NCBI GenBank assembly: GCA_009914755.4
Contig: CP086569.2
Location: 11,136,001-11,200,000, forward strand
Length of the DNA: 64,000 bases
Source: the human T2T-CHM13v2.0 reference genome, Homo sapiens
Reading direction: 5' to 3'
The notes below the pieces were generated by a model. That model did not search any database. It was not told the origin of the DNA and saw only the letters and a program-made list of their open reading frames with translations. Positions within the stretch are counted from its first letter, which is position 1. The number at the start of each line of letters is the position of its first letter. Below are positions 63,651 to 64,000 of the stretch, in pieces. Both the position numbers and the translations under genes were made by a program.

Positions 63651-64000
63651 TTCCATTTCATTTAATTCCATTCCATTCAACTCCTTTCCACTCCACTCCA
63701 CCCCACTCAACTACATTCCATTACATCCGATTCCGTTCCACTCCATTCCACTCCTCTCCACTCCACTCCACTCCACTCCACTCCACTCCATTCCACTCCA
63801 TCCCATTCCATTCGGCTCCATTCCACTGCACTCCCCTCCACCCCAATTCACTCCACTTCATTCCATTCTGTTCCATCCCATTCAATTCCTCTACATTCCA
63901 CTCCGATCCTCTTCACTCCACACCACTCCAGTCCACTCCATTTCATTGCATTCTCTTCCATTCCATTCCAGTCCATTCCACTCCATCTCATTCCATTCCT

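Larger units (their letters stand above)
9017..64000 (+). repeat. HSat3-like pentameric satellite, (CATTC/ATTCC)n with CCACT/CCATT variants; + strand is the C-rich, G-poor strand; continues beyond right edge
   Basis: Continuous ccattccattccactccactcc pentamer repeats. G is essentially confined to the interspersed Alu-tail relics. It lacks the HSat2 23/26-bp signature (catcatcgaatggaatcgaatgg). It lacks frequent CAACCCGAGT, so the HSat3 subfamily is undetermined. Confidence 0.85.

Noticed and set aside
9017-64000. Alpha satellite, centromeric 171-bp repeats or CENP-B box
   Set aside because: No 171-bp periodicity or CENP-B box motif (ttcgttggaaacggga) is seen. Periodicities are 5 bp and 68 bp only.
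9017-64000. HSat2 instead of HSat3
   Set aside because: The HSat2 diagnostic 23/26-bp units (catcatcgaatggaatcgaatggaatca) are absent. The array is simple (CATTC)n variants. Subfamily assignment within HSat3 remains uncertain because the CAACCCGAGT motif is not evident.
9017-64000. D15Z1-type 1.8-kb KpnI HSat3 higher-order repeat
   Set aside because: GGTACC occurs only once (about 29191) rather than every 1.8 kb.
1-64000. Novel protein-coding or defence system
   Set aside because: No unique or complex sequence exists anywhere in the window. 100 percent of it is accounted for by two satellite families plus Alu-tail relics.

Overview
This window is primate (human-type) constitutive heterochromatin made entirely of tandem satellite DNA. 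I find no credible protein-coding gene, RNA gene, CRISPR array or intact mobile element, and no prokaryotic-style novel system.

Layout:
(1) 1-2037: beta satellite (Sau3A 68-69 bp family) in one orientation.
(2) 2038-9016: the same satellite in the opposite orientation. A single 68-bp monomer at 2421-2488 is flipped back.
(3) 9017-64000: an abrupt switch to about 55 kb of divergent HSat3-like pentameric satellite. The + strand is the G-poor (CATTC/ATTCC/CCACT)n strand.

The pentameric array is punctuated by 84 antisense relics of the 3' terminus of an Alu, each about 60-90 bp including a poly-T image of the A-tail. All relics are truncated at the same point and have lost most CpGs. This indicates one ancient Alu insertion that was co-amplified with the satellite.

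The relics fall into recurrent sequence classes (A, A', B, C, D, E, F, G) and occur in a conserved order. That order reveals a higher-order repeat of about 1.4-1.6 kb in the right half of the window. The 9-30 kb interval is punctuated mainly by class A relics.

Every ORF in the six-frame track is a low-complexity translation of the pentamer or the 68-bp repeat (HSIPFHSTPLHS..., MEWNGMEWNG..., MISAEICHN...) and is rejected. The interesting material is structural: inversion junctions, relic-defined higher-order structure, a strand-flipped micro-segment, local tandem duplications and CpG-retaining pentamer variants.
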